DNA of 64,000 bases from an uncultured Verrucomicrobiota bacterium (lineage in GTDB: Bacteria; Verrucomicrobiota; Verrucomicrobiia; Limisphaerales; AAA164-E04): the NCBI GenBank assembly GCA_964342405.1, contig CAYFGX010000002.1:209969-273968 (forward strand), in the 5' to 3' direction. The notes under the pieces are model-generated. The model was not told where the DNA came from and did not search any database. It saw only the letters and a program-made list of their open reading frames with translations. This document shows positions 19,182 through 31,411 of the stretch, in pieces. The translations under genes were made by a program, and so were the position numbers. The first letter of the stretch is position 1, and each line of letters begins with the position of its first letter.

Positions 19182-19943
19182 ATGATGAACGTAAAACGCG
19201 TGATAAACCGAACCTTCCAACTTGCCTGCGTCGTCTTGGCAACCAATCTCACTCTGACAAGCACTTTTGCAGCGGAAGCCGAGGTTGAAGAAAAGCCCAA
19301 ATGGGAGACATCAGCCGCACTCGGCTTCACACTAACCCAGGGAAACAGCGACACGGTTCTGGCTACAGCAAGCCTCCTGAGCTTGAAGAAATGGGAACTC
19401 AACGAGCTCTCGGCAGGCATCAACGGAAGCTATGGTGAAGTCGACAGCGTCAAAAACAACGAAACAGCTCGAGGAACGGTTCAATACAATCGTCTTATCG
19501 GAGATTCCGATTCCTACTTCTTTGGAAAAGCGGATCTGCTGCATGATTCTATCGCTGATGTGGAATACCGACTGAGCCTCAGTGCTGGTTACGGTTACTA
19601 CCTCGTCAAAAACGACAGAATGCAGCTCAGCGCTGAAATCGGTCCCGGTTACATTTTCGAGAAACTCGGGTCGGGCAGCGACGATTACCTGACCCTTCGA
19701 GCGGGTGAACGATTTGAATACAAGATCAGTGATCGAGCCCGAATCTGGCAAAGCTTGGAATACCTGCCTCAGGTAGAAGAGTTCGGCAACTTCCTCTTGG
19801 TCGGTGAAATCGGAATCGAGTCCGACCTAACCGAGAAGATGAGCCTCCGAGTTTCCCTGCAAGACAACTACGATAATGAGCCTGCTCCAGGCCGGAAATC
19901 CAATGATCTCCGCCTCATCACCGGCATCGGCTACAAATTCTAA
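19182..19943 (+). CDS. DUF481 domain-containing outer-membrane beta-barrel protein (YdiY-like)
   Basis: Signal peptide, then GFTLTQGNSDT. Alternating beta-strand pattern. C-terminus ITGIGYKF ends in an aromatic residue, as in OM barrels. Confidence 0.7.
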   Translation: MMNVKRVINRTFQLACVVLATNLTLTSTFAAEAEVEEKPKWETSAALGFTLTQGNSDTVLATASLLSLKKWELNELSAGINGSYGEVDSVKNNETARGTVQYNRLIGDSDSYFFGKADLLHDSIADVEYRLSLSAGYGYYLVKNDRMQLSAEIGPGYIFEKLGSGSDDYLTLRAGERFEYKISDRARIWQSLEYLPQVEEFGNFLLVGEIGIESDLTEKMSLRVSLQDNYDNEPAPGRKSNDLRLITGIGYKF

Positions 19944-19958
19944 CACGCTCCTAACGTC

Positions 19959-20654
19959 ATGCTTCGCGCTATCACTTCCTTAAAACTCAACTTCACGTCT
20001 TACCGGGCCGGCGCCTGGATGACGTTGCTCCTCGTAGCCCTCTTGACCGGAACGGGTTGCCGCACATCCTACTACGCGGTCATGGAAAGCTTCGGGAAGC
20101 ACAAGCGCGACCTCTTGAAGCAATCGCTGAATGACGCGAATAGCGAGCAAAAGGAAGCCAGTGAGCAATTCAAGGACACCCTGACCCAGCTCCAAGAGTT
20201 GACCGGGTCTGACGGCGGTGAACTGCAGAAGCGCTACAACGCCTTCAAAGACAATTACGAGCGAAGTGTTTCGATGGCCGATGGAGTTTCAGGCCGCATT
20301 GAAAAGGTCGAACAACTGGCCGCTGATCTCTTCGCGGAGTGGGAGAGTGAGATTGAAGAAATCAACAGCCCGACGCTAAAGAGCAACAGCCGTTCTAAGC
20401 TCACCAATACTCAGGCTCGATACCAAAAGCTCTACCTCTCGCTCGTTCGAGCGGAGGCCGCCATGCCCCCGGTGCTCACCCAGATGAAGGACTACGTTCT
20501 CTATCTGAAGCACAATCTCAATGCCCAAGCCATTGGTTCTCTCAAGGACGAAGCGCTGAACATCGAGCAGGAAATCGGGCAGTTGATTGCCGACATGAAC
20601 ACATCCATTGAAGAGACCGAAAGCTTCATCGAGCTTCTGGATGGAGGAAACTAG
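19959..20654 (+). CDS. DUF2959 domain-containing lipoprotein
   Basis: Lipobox LLTGTGC followed by RTSYYAVMESFGKHKRDLL and a long coiled-coil region. This matches my recollection of DUF2959. Confidence 0.6.
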   Translation: MLRAITSLKLNFTSYRAGAWMTLLLVALLTGTGCRTSYYAVMESFGKHKRDLLKQSLNDANSEQKEASEQFKDTLTQLQELTGSDGGELQKRYNAFKDNYERSVSMADGVSGRIEKVEQLAADLFAEWESEIEEINSPTLKSNSRSKLTNTQARYQKLYLSLVRAEAAMPPVLTQMKDYVLYLKHNLNAQAIGSLKDEALNIEQEIGQLIADMNTSIEETESFIELLDGGN

Positions 20655-20707
20655 TCGATCCGAGTTGATCGGTCAGAACGAGAGACCTTCTCTCGCATCA
20701 ATCACCT

Positions 20708-20735
20708 GAGAAAGCGCCTTCCGAGGCGCTTTCTC
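20708..20735 (+). terminator. Intrinsic terminator-like hairpin after the DUF2959 gene
   Basis: Perfect 11-bp stem GAGAAAGCGCC / GGCGCTTTCTC (20708-20718 / 20725-20735) with a 6-nt loop, followed by a T-rich tract. A second 7-bp hairpin CGAGAGA-CCT-TCTCTCG lies just upstream. Confidence 0.65.
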
Positions 20736-20851
20736 TTAATCTATCTTCGTTCTCGACGATCCTGCGCTTGCGGTCTTTCGGGGTTCTGCTAGCCTACGGT
20801 TCCTTTGATGGATCTCACGGATCCATCGCCATTTACTCTGTTCGCATCCAA

Positions 20852-21589
20852 ATGAGAATTGTCGGAATCATTCCTGCTCGCTTTGCCTCTTCCCGGTTTC
20901 CCGGGAAGCCACTGGTCTCCATCGCTGGGAAAAGCTTGATCCAGCGTGTTGTCGAGCAATGCGAAAAGGCGAGCGGTCTGGCTGAAACGATCGTGGCGAC
21001 GGACGACCAAAGAATTTGCGACGCCGTTCAATCGTTCTGCCGAGTGGAGATGACACGAGAGGACCATCCAAGTGGTACCGATCGTGTCGCCGAGGTAGCC
21101 GACAAGATCGAATGCGATGGTGTCGTCAACATTCAAGGAGACGAGCCCCTCATCGATCCGACAGTGATCAATACCGTGGCTGAGGGACTCAAGAAGATGC
21201 CGATGACCACCGCTGCGACAGCGATCAAAGATGTCAGCGAATACAGCAATCCCAACGTCACGAAAGCCGTGGTCAGTAGCTCCGGAAAAGCGCTTCTCTT
21301 CTCTCGCCGAACCGTGCCTTACTTGCGAGAACACGCCGACGAACCCGAAGAGCTGCAGCTCACTCGCTACCCTTTTCTCAAACACCTCGGAATCTACGGC
21401 TACCAAAAGGAAACGCTTCGACGACTCGTCGGGCTTCCTGAGTCCGCTCTCGAAAAAGTAGAACGGCTGGAACAACTTCGAGCTCTTGAGAACGACATCG
21501 GAATCCAGGTCTTCCATGTCGATTACGAAAGTATCGGAGTTGATGTTCCCGAAGACGTGAGCAAAGTCGAATCGTTACTCCTTTCCTAA
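20852..21589 (+). CDS. kdsB: 3-deoxy-manno-octulosonate cytidylyltransferase (CMP-Kdo synthetase)
   Basis: MRIVGIIPARFASSRFPGKPL.., SGTDRVAEVA and NIQGDEPLIDP are canonical KdsB blocks. ATG 20852 is preferred over the upstream TTG 20768. Confidence 0.9.
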   Translation: MRIVGIIPARFASSRFPGKPLVSIAGKSLIQRVVEQCEKASGLAETIVATDDQRICDAVQSFCRVEMTREDHPSGTDRVAEVADKIECDGVVNIQGDEPLIDPTVINTVAEGLKKMPMTTAATAIKDVSEYSNPNVTKAVVSSSGKALLFSRRTVPYLREHADEPEELQLTRYPFLKHLGIYGYQKETLRRLVGLPESALEKVERLEQLRALENDIGIQVFHVDYESIGVDVPEDVSKVESLLLS

Positions 21590-23239
<1,650 letters not shown>

Positions 23240-23283
23240 GCCTCAGCAAATCCAGCACTGTTGCTACCGGTAGTCAAAGTGAG

Positions 23284-24612
23284 ATGAGCTCGTCCCCTTC
23301 GCCCAACGTCCTCACAACGGCGGCGGAAGCGATCGATTACCTCTACGAGCTCCGCCTGTTCGGAACCAAGCTAGGGCTTGAAAACCCGCTGCGCCTGGCC
23401 CGACACTTCGGCAACCCTCAAGCCGATCTCAAGTTCATTCATGTCGCCGGCACGAATGGCAAAGGCTCTGTGTGCGCTATGCTGGAGTGCATTTACCGGA
23501 GAGCCGGATACCGCGTTGGCTTGTTTACGTCGCCTCATCTCGTTCATTTCGGAGAGCGGATTCAGGTCAATCGATCTCTTCTTCCAGATGAGTCTCTCGT
23601 CGCGTTGGTCAACGAGATCCGAGAGGCCTTGAGTCAGTTTAAGATCGAGCATCATCCTACCTTCTTCGAGATCGTCGTTGTTTTAGGGCTGCTTCATTTT
23701 CAAAGGGAGCACTGTGATATCGTCATCTGGGAAACTGGGATGGGCGGCCGTTTGGACGCGACGAATATTGTACAGCCGATACTTAGCGTGATCACCAACG
23801 TCGGACTTGATCATCAGAAGTGGCTCGGGGACACCATTGAGGCTATCGCAACTCAGAAGGCCGGAATCATCAAACCACACACTCCCTCAGTCCATGGTGT
23901 AATGGACCCCAAGGCGGCGCAGATCATTCGAAGCCAAGCTGCGAGCGTCTCCAGTCCCTTGACTTCTATTGAGAACAATGAGGTCGAAGCTCTAACGGCA
24001 GACACCCCGCTCTCATTGCTCGGTAGGCATCAGCAGGAGAACGCTGCGCTCGCGCTTCGTGCCGTTGAGATACTGGATAAGCAGGTTCCGGTTCCAGTCA
24101 GCTCACGGAAGGAAAGTTTAGGTCACGTCCGTTGGCCAGGCCGCCTTCAGACTGTCGATCGAGAGGGACAGTGCATTCTACTCGACGGTGCTCACAACGA
24201 ACCAAGCATCACAGCTCTCTGCGAGTTTCTCAAAACTTTTCGGCAAGATCGACAAATCGCATTCCTCTTGGGAGTGTTGGAAGACAAGGGCATAGAGAAT
24301 TGGATTCCCAGTCTGACGAGGCTGGCCAATCGATTCTACTTAGCACCCGTTTCCAGCGGCCGATCCCTCGACACCAAGTCCCTCACAAAACTTATCAAGG
24401 GAGCCAGCGATGAGGCTACCGTAGAATGCTACGCCACGAGCAAAGACGCCCTAGACGCGGCTCTGACCACATCGCCTTTGCTCGTCGTTTGCGGATCCAT
24501 CTACCTGGTGGGAGAGATCATCGGTTACCTCGAAAACGAGACGTTTTCCCAGACCGAGCAAAAGCTCAATGACTGGGGCGGCACAACAGACGACATCGCC
24601 GGCCGACCGTAG
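23284..24612 (+). CDS. folC: Bifunctional folylpolyglutamate synthase / dihydrofolate synthase
   Basis: P-loop HVAGTNGKGSV, FTSPHLVHFGERI, ETGMGGRLDATN and LDGAHNEPS are Mur-ligase/FolC signatures. Confidence 0.9.
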   Translation: MSSSPSPNVLTTAAEAIDYLYELRLFGTKLGLENPLRLARHFGNPQADLKFIHVAGTNGKGSVCAMLECIYRRAGYRVGLFTSPHLVHFGERIQVNRSLLPDESLVALVNEIREALSQFKIEHHPTFFEIVVVLGLLHFQREHCDIVIWETGMGGRLDATNIVQPILSVITNVGLDHQKWLGDTIEAIATQKAGIIKPHTPSVHGVMDPKAAQIIRSQAASVSSPLTSIENNEVEALTADTPLSLLGRHQQENAALALRAVEILDKQVPVPVSSRKESLGHVRWPGRLQTVDREGQCILLDGAHNEPSITALCEFLKTFRQDRQIAFLLGVLEDKGIENWIPSLTRLANRFYLAPVSSGRSLDTKSLTKLIKGASDEATVECYATSKDALDAALTTSPLLVVCGSIYLVGEIIGYLENETFSQTEQKLNDWGGTTDDIAGRP

Positions 24613-24644
24613 CACGCTCAGCTTTGCCCGCACCAAATTCCAAC

Positions 24645-26426
24645 CTAGCCTAAACGGTCAGTGGCAACGTGGTAGTTTGGATCCTCGGATAGATTGAGCT
24701 CCACAATATCGTCGGCTCGATCAAGCAGTTGCTGGCACTCCGGTGATAAATGCCGAAGGTGCAATCGCTTATTCAAACTACGATACTTCTCTGAAAGCTT
24801 GTTGATAGCCTCCAGGCCCGATTGATCGTAAACCCGAGAGTAATAAAAATCGATGACAACATCATCTGGATCATTGGCGGGATCGAACAATCCGTTGAAG
24901 CTCGATATCGAAGCGAAGAATACGGGACCGTGGAGTTGGTAAATCTTCGATCCGAACTCATTCAGCTGCTTGTCGGCAAAAAGGTGGGTCGCATGTTTCC
25001 ATGCAAAAACCAGCGCCTGAACCACAACACCGAGAATCACAGCCATCGCTAAGTTGTGGAACACCACCGTGTATCCCGCGACCAGGATCATGACCAACAC
25101 ATCCGAGCTAGGCACCTTTTTCCAAGTGTGCAGGGTGGACCACTCGAAGGTCCCAATCACCACCATAAACATCACGCCGACCAGGGCAGCGATCGGAATC
25201 ATCATGATCCAAGAACTGAGAACGAGTACGAAAATCAGCAAAGAGACCGCCGCTACGATCCCGGACAATCGACCTCGTCCTCCCGAGTTCACGTTGATCA
25301 ACGATTGACCAATCATCGCGCAGCCGCCCATGCCTCCAAAAACGCCACAAACAAAGTTTGCCAAACCCTGACCCACACACTCACGGTTGCCCCGTCCTCG
25401 AGTCTCCGTAATCTCATCGATCAAAGAGAGGGTCATCAAAGACTCAATCAGCCCCACACCGGCTAGAACTAAGGCGAAGGGAAGAATGATCATAAGGGTC
25501 TCCCAATTGAGCGGGGGCACTTCGAGAGCAGCCTGCCAAAAGAAAGGACGGGGAAATCCGCTCTGAGGCACTTCACTGACGGTTGCTACAGCGGTTTGGA
25601 CCTCTTCAGACGACAATTGATATTCATCAGCTATGGACCGATCGGCTGCATCCACGGAAACCAACTGAGCCCCGATCAAAGCAGCTTGCTCCGAGGCCTC
25701 CGATCGGGCTTCACTCATCTTCTCGGCACTCGCCTCGGTAACAGCTTGAACACGAAGGTTCGAAAGCAAGAGATCGCCGACCGTCAGGGTAGCGGTCTGC
25801 GTTCCGGGAATGTGAAGTTTCTCATTGGCGAACTGATTGATTCCCCAGCTCAATCCCGTCACGACAAGAATGGCAGCCAAAGAACTCGGGACCAACTTTG
25901 TCAACTTCGGCAAGAAAGCAATGATCGCCATGGTGATGGCCACCAAAACGAGCATCAAGATAAGGGGCGATCCGCTTAGATACTCAAGTTTTCCATCAGC
26001 CCCTAGCGTCTTGAAACTGCTCAATTGAGCCAAGCCAATCACGATCGCGAGTCCATTAACAAAGCCCAACATAACGGAGTGGGGAACCAGTCTAATGAGT
26101 TTCCCAAGCCGGCACAGGCCCACAATGATCTGCAGAATCCCGCACAATATCACAGTCGGAACGAGGTAGCCGATCCCATGAATGGCCACTAGACTGACCA
26201 CCACGACAGCCATCGCTCCCGTCGCTCCGGAAATCATGCCCGGCCGACCTCCAAAGGCAGCCGTAATGAATCCCACGATAATCGCTGAATACAAACCTAC
26301 GTGTGGCGGCAGCCCAGCTACAAAGGCGAAAGCGATCGCCTCAGGCACTAATGCCAGTGCGACTGTTAATCCCGAAAGGATATCGTTCTTGGCCGAAGCG
26401 GCACGCTTCGCAAATAAATTTAACAT
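24645..26426 (-). CDS. SulP-family inorganic anion transporter with C-terminal STAS domain
   Basis: From ATG 26426: [39 protein letters not shown], the typical SulP N-terminus. Multiple TM helices and a STAS-like C-terminus ([21 protein letters not shown]). The ORF-track start at 26663 adds 79 implausible residues. Confidence 0.85.
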   Translation of the reverse strand: MLNLFAKRAASAKNDILSGLTVALALVPEAIAFAFVAGLPPHVGLYSAIIVGFITAAFGGRPGMISGATGAMAVVVVSLVAIHGIGYLVPTVILCGILQIIVGLCRLGKLIRLVPHSVMLGFVNGLAIVIGLAQLSSFKTLGADGKLEYLSGSPLILMLVLVAITMAIIAFLPKLTKLVPSSLAAILVVTGLSWGINQFANEKLHIPGTQTATLTVGDLLLSNLRVQAVTEASAEKMSEARSEASEQAALIGAQLVSVDAADRSIADEYQLSSEEVQTAVATVSEVPQSGFPRPFFWQAALEVPPLNWETLMIILPFALVLAGVGLIESLMTLSLIDEITETRGRGNRECVGQGLANFVCGVFGGMGGCAMIGQSLINVNSGGRGRLSGIVAAVSLLIFVLVLSSWIMMIPIAALVGVMFMVVIGTFEWSTLHTWKKVPSSDVLVMILVAGYTVVFHNLAMAVILGVVVQALVFAWKHATHLFADKQLNEFGSKIYQLHGPVFFASISSFNGLFDPANDPDDVVIDFYYSRVYDQSGLEAINKLSEKYRSLNKRLHLRHLSPECQQLLDRADDIVELNLSEDPNYHVATDRLG

Positions 26427-26681
26427 AGAATAAAACCAACGAGGGGAAGGGCAGGTGAAATAAAAACCGCGAAGTGGTTGACGTCCGGCCCCTGGAACCC
26501 CGGAAAGAGCGGGGACAGTAGTGGCAGCCCACCAGCCAGTCAATGGGAAATAATCGTTCCCTCTGAGCGAAACCAATGAGAGAGGCCGCATCCATTCGCA
26601 GCCAATCGACTTCACGGGCCCCCGTGTTTCACGACTGACTGCTCCATTGCAGACAGAGCACACATTGGTTAAAACGACCCT

Positions 26682-28148
26682 ATGAACCGAAGGTTTCTCC
26701 TTTCCTGGCCATGCACCTTGGGAACGTTTTTTCTCCTACTGGGACTAGTGCCCGCTCGAAACGCCGATGCGGAGCCCCGTAAGCCCTACAATGTTCTGTT
26801 CATCATTTCTGACGACCTGACAGCGACCGCGCTTTCCTGTTACGGCAATCAGGTCTGCCAAACTCCCAACATCGACCGGCTTGCTGCACGGGGCACCCGC
26901 TTCACTCAAGCATTTTGCCAAGGCACCTATTGTGGACCATCCCGTGCCTCCTTTATGTCCGGTTACTACCCACATGCAACCGGAGTCCTGGGTTACAAAA
27001 ACCCCCGACCCCAAATCGGCAATCGCTCCACCTGGTCTCAACATTTCAAGAACCATGGATACTACTCTGCCCGAGTGAGCAAGATCTTTCACATGGGCGT
27101 TCCTGGTGGCATCGAAGACGGTGGCCACGGCGCCGATGATGCCTTGTCGTGGACAGAACGCTTCAACAGCCCTGGTCCCGAGTGGAAAGCGCCTGGGACG
27201 GGAGAAACCCTCGAGGGCAATCCCGACGGGAGCAAACCCGTTATGGGAGGCAACACTTTCGTCGTCGTCGAGGCAGACGGAGATGATTTGGTTCACTCAG
27301 ACGGTAAAACCGCTGCCAAGGCAGTCTCTTTGATCCAGGAGCACAAAGACGAATCGTTCTTCCTGGGCGTCGGTTTCGTTCGCCCTCACGTCCCTTTCGT
27401 CTCTCCCCGAGCTTACTACGAGCCCTTCCTACCCTATGAGAAGATGATCCTGCCAGAGAAGTTCCCCAACGATTGGGATGACATCCCTACAGCGGGCATC
27501 AACTATAAGACGAGCAAGAACATGAAGATGGATATCCGCCGTCAAAAGAAAGCAGTCGGAGGCTACTACGCTTCTGTTCGCTACATGGACGCCCAAGTTG
27601 GAAAAGTCCTCGATGCCTTGGAGCAAACGGGGCTGGACGACTCAACCATCGTCATTTTCACGAGCGACCACGGATATCATCTCGGAGAACATGACTTCTG
27701 GGCAAAGGTCAGTCTGCGAGACGAATCCGCAGCAGTCCCACTCATTATCTCCGTTCCGGGAAAAAAAGCAGCTGTTTGTCACTCGCTGGTCGAGCTCCTC
27801 GATCTCTACCCAACACTCGCCAGCCTTTGCAATCTGCCCGCCCAACCTCGACTTCAAGGAAAAGACATCTCGCCTCTCCTCGACAATCCAAACCTCGAAG
27901 TCCGGGACGCCGCATTCAGCGTCGCACCGATGCGAAAAGGATTCCTGATTCGGGAACACGATTGGGCCTACATCCAATACAATGAGGATGCCTCAGGTGG
28001 CCGAGAACTTTTCGACCTGAAGAAGGACCCAAAACAATACACCAACCTCGCGGACAGCCCTGAGCACGCCGATCAGCTTCAGCGATTGCAAAAGCAACTG
28101 CAGGCCAAACTGGCAGCGGTCCGAAACAACGATCTCGAACTGAACTAG
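26682..28148 (+). CDS. Sulfatase (formylglycine-dependent, iduronate-2-sulfatase-like), secreted
   Basis: Signal peptide. Metal-binding FIISDDL. Intact FGly motif C-G-P-S-R in [30 protein letters not shown]. Confidence 0.85.
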   Translation: MNRRFLLSWPCTLGTFFLLLGLVPARNADAEPRKPYNVLFIISDDLTATALSCYGNQVCQTPNIDRLAARGTRFTQAFCQGTYCGPSRASFMSGYYPHATGVLGYKNPRPQIGNRSTWSQHFKNHGYYSARVSKIFHMGVPGGIEDGGHGADDALSWTERFNSPGPEWKAPGTGETLEGNPDGSKPVMGGNTFVVVEADGDDLVHSDGKTAAKAVSLIQEHKDESFFLGVGFVRPHVPFVSPRAYYEPFLPYEKMILPEKFPNDWDDIPTAGINYKTSKNMKMDIRRQKKAVGGYYASVRYMDAQVGKVLDALEQTGLDDSTIVIFTSDHGYHLGEHDFWAKVSLRDESAAVPLIISVPGKKAAVCHSLVELLDLYPTLASLCNLPAQPRLQGKDISPLLDNPNLEVRDAAFSVAPMRKGFLIREHDWAYIQYNEDASGGRELFDLKKDPKQYTNLADSPEHADQLQRLQKQLQAKLAAVRNNDLELN

Positions 28149-28195
28149 GCCGAATGGCCACCGGCGGACTTCCGTAGGCTGCGCGCCAGGATCTC

Positions 28196-29299
28196 CTAGA
28201 GCGTGACGACCTTGCCGCCCTGACGGGCTGACTCCAGGCAGGCCATCATGACCTTCTGAGTCTTGATGGTGATCTCGCCCCATTCGGGATCTAGTTTGCC
28301 ACTCAGAACAAGATCTCCGAAATTGCGGAAAAGACCGGTTTCTTGCGCTGTCGGATGGCTGCCCCCGTACTCCTGAGTGATCACCCGCTTCTCACGGCGC
28401 TCCATGTTGAAGTCGCAGACGTACTGGTTGCTCGTCATCTTGGCAACCGTGAACCCGACTTCGCTCCCATAACAGGGAACGACAAAATCATCGAGGTGGA
28501 TGTTGCCCTCGGTCCCGCACAGATTCGCCCATTGCTGCATCGCCGTAATGAAAGAACAGTAGTAGCTCGCAGAGACGCCGTCGTCATAGAACATTTCACC
28601 GGAGAACTCCGTAGGAACCTTTTCTGGACTGTCTGGTCGGGAAGCTCCCTGCAGCATGTTACCCGTGACCGAGGAGGGCATCCGATAGTTCATCACCCAA
28701 AGGTTGAATCGGATGTTGTACCAGCCTAGATCACCCAGACAACCCAGTGGTTCGAGATCACTGTGCATCCGAATGTTACCCTGCAGGAAATCATCGGGAG
28801 CACAGAAGCTAAACTGAGAATTAATGCGCCGGAGTTTCCCTAGGCTCGTTCCATCATCGATGGCGGCCCGAAGATCCTTCAAGCGCAAGCTATGCATGAA
28901 CATGACACCGTCCATGAACTGCACCCCGGCTTCGCGGCATGCCGCCACGATCTCCTCAACATCTTCAAGGGACGTCCCACAGGGCTTCTCGCTCAAGACA
29001 TGTTTTCCAGCTTTCGCTGCCTTGATAACCCACTCCTTGCGAACGCCCGTGGGCAAGGGAATGTAAACGGCATCGATATCATCCCGCTCCAGCAATGCGT
29101 CGTATCCTTCGACCGCTTCAGGCCTCTGAGGAAATGGGACATGGGCCGAACATTCGTCGATCCACGCATCCGCTTTCGCTTTCTCGCGACTGGCGACCGC
29201 TACAATCTCACCATTGCCTGACAAGGCAACCGATTGCCAATTTTTGATTCCGATCCAAGCGGCACTTAAAAAACCCCAACGACACTTCTTCTCGCTCAT
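28196..29299 (-). CDS. Gfo/Idh/MocA-family oxidoreductase
   Basis: The N-terminal Rossmann region, EKP motif (HVLSEKP) and C-terminal alpha/beta domain are typical of the family. Confidence 0.8.
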   Translation of the reverse strand: MSEKKCRWGFLSAAWIGIKNWQSVALSGNGEIVAVASREKAKADAWIDECSAHVPFPQRPEAVEGYDALLERDDIDAVYIPLPTGVRKEWVIKAAKAGKHVLSEKPCGTSLEDVEEIVAACREAGVQFMDGVMFMHSLRLKDLRAAIDDGTSLGKLRRINSQFSFCAPDDFLQGNIRMHSDLEPLGCLGDLGWYNIRFNLWVMNYRMPSSVTGNMLQGASRPDSPEKVPTEFSGEMFYDDGVSASYYCSFITAMQQWANLCGTEGNIHLDDFVVPCYGSEVGFTVAKMTSNQYVCDFNMERREKRVITQEYGGSHPTAQETGLFRNFGDLVLSGKLDPEWGEITIKTQKVMMACLESARQGGKVVTL

Positions 29300-29401
29300 A
29301 ACACTTGCACTAAGATTCCTGCGGAATCATTCCGAGCGAAACATTTTTTGCAAGCCTGGAGGATTGGCTTGATTTCAGGCGGCGCTCGCCGCCGGCCAAA
29401 G

Positions 29402-30157
29402 CTATCCACCGGAGAGGATGCGCCGTCGCAACCTGAGAACCGCCAAGGTCCCCCCAGCCATCAGGCAACAGCTTAATCCCAAACCTGCCACGGCTTGAGT
29501 CGTGTGGTAACTCGACAACATCGCACCATCGATCGGTGTCTGCGTCCGGTAGAAAAGAATCGTGATCGCCTGCCCTAAAACAAACAATCCAACGAATGCC
29601 CCAACAACCAGGGCCATTGAAATCGCCGGCTTCTGTCTCAACAACCACGAGAACGGAACTCCCTGACCGCCAAATCCGCCCTGACAACGGCGAAAAAGAA
29701 ATCCCGCGAATGCCAACCAAGGCAACAATAGGAGCAGAACACCCAGAGCGTTCGCCCAAGTGGCCCCTAGCCCCAACATAGAAGCCCCCATGCCGCCCAC
29801 CTTTGAGAGCACGCCAGCAAGATCGCCTACGAGGTGGAAACTCAGAAAGCCTACCAACATCCAGCACACACGGACAGACCACTGCCGGCTAGGATAGAGC
29901 TTGCCGAACTCCGAGCCGAGGCTGGCAGGCGAACCCATTCGCTTTCGGGATACAAGAAAGGCCTCCTCCTCATTCAAACCCAGCTCGACCAATTCCTCAC
30001 ACGAATCTCTTAAGTGAGATTCCAACTCATCTAGATCGTAGACTGCAACTGAGTCTCCCGATTGGAACTGTGCTCTCCAATCTCGAATGGCATCTGCTAG
30101 GCAAAACGGATTCTTGGATTCCATAATTTCGTCAATGTTTTGTGAACCTGGAGCCAT
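29402..30157 (-). CDS. Membrane protein with HAAS / 'permease prefix'-like N-terminal helical domain (PadR-associated)
   Basis: The N-terminal soluble segment ..ELESHLRDSCEELVELGLNEEEAFLVSRKRMGSPASLGSEFGKL matches the pattern of PadR-linked DUF1700/HAAS-type domains. It is followed by about 5 TM helices. The gene overlaps the 3' end of the PadR gene. The start is uncertain (30157 or ATG 30124). Confidence 0.5.
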   Translation of the reverse strand: MAPGSQNIDEIMESKNPFCLADAIRDWRAQFQSGDSVAVYDLDELESHLRDSCEELVELGLNEEEAFLVSRKRMGSPASLGSEFGKLYPSRQWSVRVCWMLVGFLSFHLVGDLAGVLSKVGGMGASMLGLGATWANALGVLLLLLPWLAFAGFLFRRCQGGFGGQGVPFSWLLRQKPAISMALVVGAFVGLFVLGQAITILFYRTQTPIDGAMLSSYHTTQAVAGLGLSCCLMAGGTLAVLRLRRRILSGG

Positions 30158-30474
30158 TGCTCCTGCTCGACTTTGAGAGCAGCACGGCCCTCAGCTTTCA
30201 ACTTGTAATACTTGCGTTTCCGCCCCGACTCAGGAGTCCGCCACTCCGAAACAATGAGCCCCTCTCGCTCCAACCGATGGAGTACCGGATACAACATCCC
30301 ATCCGTCCAGTTGAGCTGTTCTTCCGACAACTCCTTCACCCGCTGAATAATCGCATACCCATAACTCTCACCCTCACCGAGAATCGACAAAACAAGGGGA
30401 CGAGACGATGCAGCGACGAGTTCCTTCGTTATCATAGATCTCTTATGCATTACACTTCTATGTATTGCAAGCAA
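30097..30474 (-). CDS. PadR-family transcriptional regulator
   Basis: PLVLSILGEGESYGYAIIQRVKELSEEQLNWTDGMLYPVLHRLEREGLIVSEWR is the canonical PadR winged-helix. The exact start is uncertain because there are several in-frame Met codons. Confidence 0.85.
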   Translation of the reverse strand: MLAIHRSVMHKRSMITKELVAASSRPLVLSILGEGESYGYAIIQRVKELSEEQLNWTDGMLYPVLHRLEREGLIVSEWRTPESGRKRKYYKLKAEGRAALKVEQEQWLQVHKTLTKLWNPRIRFA

Positions 30475-30519
30475 AACATTTGCTGGACATTTTTCGAGCC
30501 CTCGGCCTGGGCCTTCGCA

Positions 30520-31302
30520 CTAGCTAGGATCGGCAGATGAAAGTATCATCCGAACGCTCGTGCCTTGGTTCGGAAGGGAGTTGATGTCCAGCTCAGCGTG
30601 ATGAAGATGACTCACAAGCTGCACAGAGGTCAAACCGAGGCCGGCGGAATGGGTGCCTTTAGTTGAGAAGAACGGTTCAAAGCATTTTTTCTGAGTGGGA
30701 ATATCCATACCCATGCCATCGTCTAAAACTTCTAGGATCACTTGATGTTCGCGGTCCCAGGTGCTGATCTGAATATGCCCCGAAGCATCGATGGCTTCTT
30801 GCGCATTCTCAATCAGAGCCTTAACAGCATCCTTGAGTAGCGTCCCGTTTACGAGGACCGGACGCTGAGAACGAAGGTCGAATGAGATCTCCGCCGAGGC
30901 GGATTCTGGGACACCAGGTACCGACTGGATTGCATCGCGAACGATCGGATTCACAATAAGATTGACGAACTCCGGGTCACGGCAGGAGATCACGGCTGTT
31001 TCGTTGAATCGATTGCTTAGATAAGCCATTTGCGTTAGAGCGGCCTCGATATCAGCAATCAGTTGATGGTTGTTACGTAAAGAATCGGGATCGCTTGAAC
31101 CTGCGCTCAGAAGAGAGACGCCTCCAAGTGCGACTGTTAGGAGATTATTAAATCGGTGAGAGACGCCCGAGGCAATTTGCTGAATCGCGAGTAAACAGTC
31201 TCGTCGAAGCTGCTGCTCTGTCCGAGCTGCTTCAGCGAGGATTCTGGACTGACTCGGGCGTGGATTGAGGTACGCGTCGTCGGCGGTGCGCGAAGGTTTC
31301 AT
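30520..31302 (-). CDS. Cytoplasmic histidine kinase lacking TM and recognisable sensor domains
   Basis: HisKA H-box GVSHRFNNLLTVALG. HATPase_c N, G1 and G2 boxes (IENAQEAI, DDGMGM, GLGLTSV). ATG 31302 is chosen because the longer ORF (to 31578) runs into the divergent response-regulator gene. Confidence 0.7.
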   Translation of the reverse strand: MKPSRTADDAYLNPRPSQSRILAEAARTEQQLRRDCLLAIQQIASGVSHRFNNLLTVALGGVSLLSAGSSDPDSLRNNHQLIADIEAALTQMAYLSNRFNETAVISCRDPEFVNLIVNPIVRDAIQSVPGVPESASAEISFDLRSQRPVLVNGTLLKDAVKALIENAQEAIDASGHIQISTWDREHQVILEVLDDGMGMDIPTQKKCFEPFFSTKGTHSAGLGLTSVQLVSHLHHAELDINSLPNQGTSVRMILSSADPS

Positions 31303-31368
31303 TCTAAGATTCTGGTCCAGATGCTGTCGGTGATTAAGAATTAAGGGTAGAGTAACTTGTGAAAGATG

Positions 31369-31411
31369 AAGGGAAGATGAAGAGAACAAACTTGCGTCTT
31401 CATCTTCCCTT
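31369..31411. repeat. 15-bp perfect inverted repeat in the divergent promoter region
   Basis: AAGGGAAGATGAAGA (31369-31383), a 13-nt spacer, then TCTTCATCTTCCCTT (31397-31411). It sits 33 nt upstream of the response-regulator GTG. Confidence 0.9.

Noticed and set aside
20789-21517. 242-aa ORF antisense to kdsB. Similar long antisense or alternative-frame ORFs are 6292-6810, 7685-8089, 17365-17853, 22664-23227, 26745-27296, 29310-29882, 35715-36242, 37613-38359, 48947-49474 and 59438-60004.
   Set aside because: Each lies entirely inside a gene whose product has clear family motifs on the other strand or frame. Their translations are low-complexity (Arg/Ser/Pro-rich) with no recognisable motifs. 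This is typical of shadow ORFs in moderately GC-rich DNA.
26427-26663. N-terminal extensions suggested by the ORF track: SulP from 26663, valS from 47859, HK from 31578, NtrC-like from 58844, kdsB from 20768, panE from 13380.
   Set aside because: The extensions add residues with no homology to the family N-termini, and often overlap the neighbouring gene. A downstream ATG or GTG gives the canonical N-terminus in each case: MLNLFAKR.., MSDIPKAYEP.., MKPSRT.., VTTSSKPQLLIVDD.., MRIVGIIPARF.., MNRIAIIGCGG...
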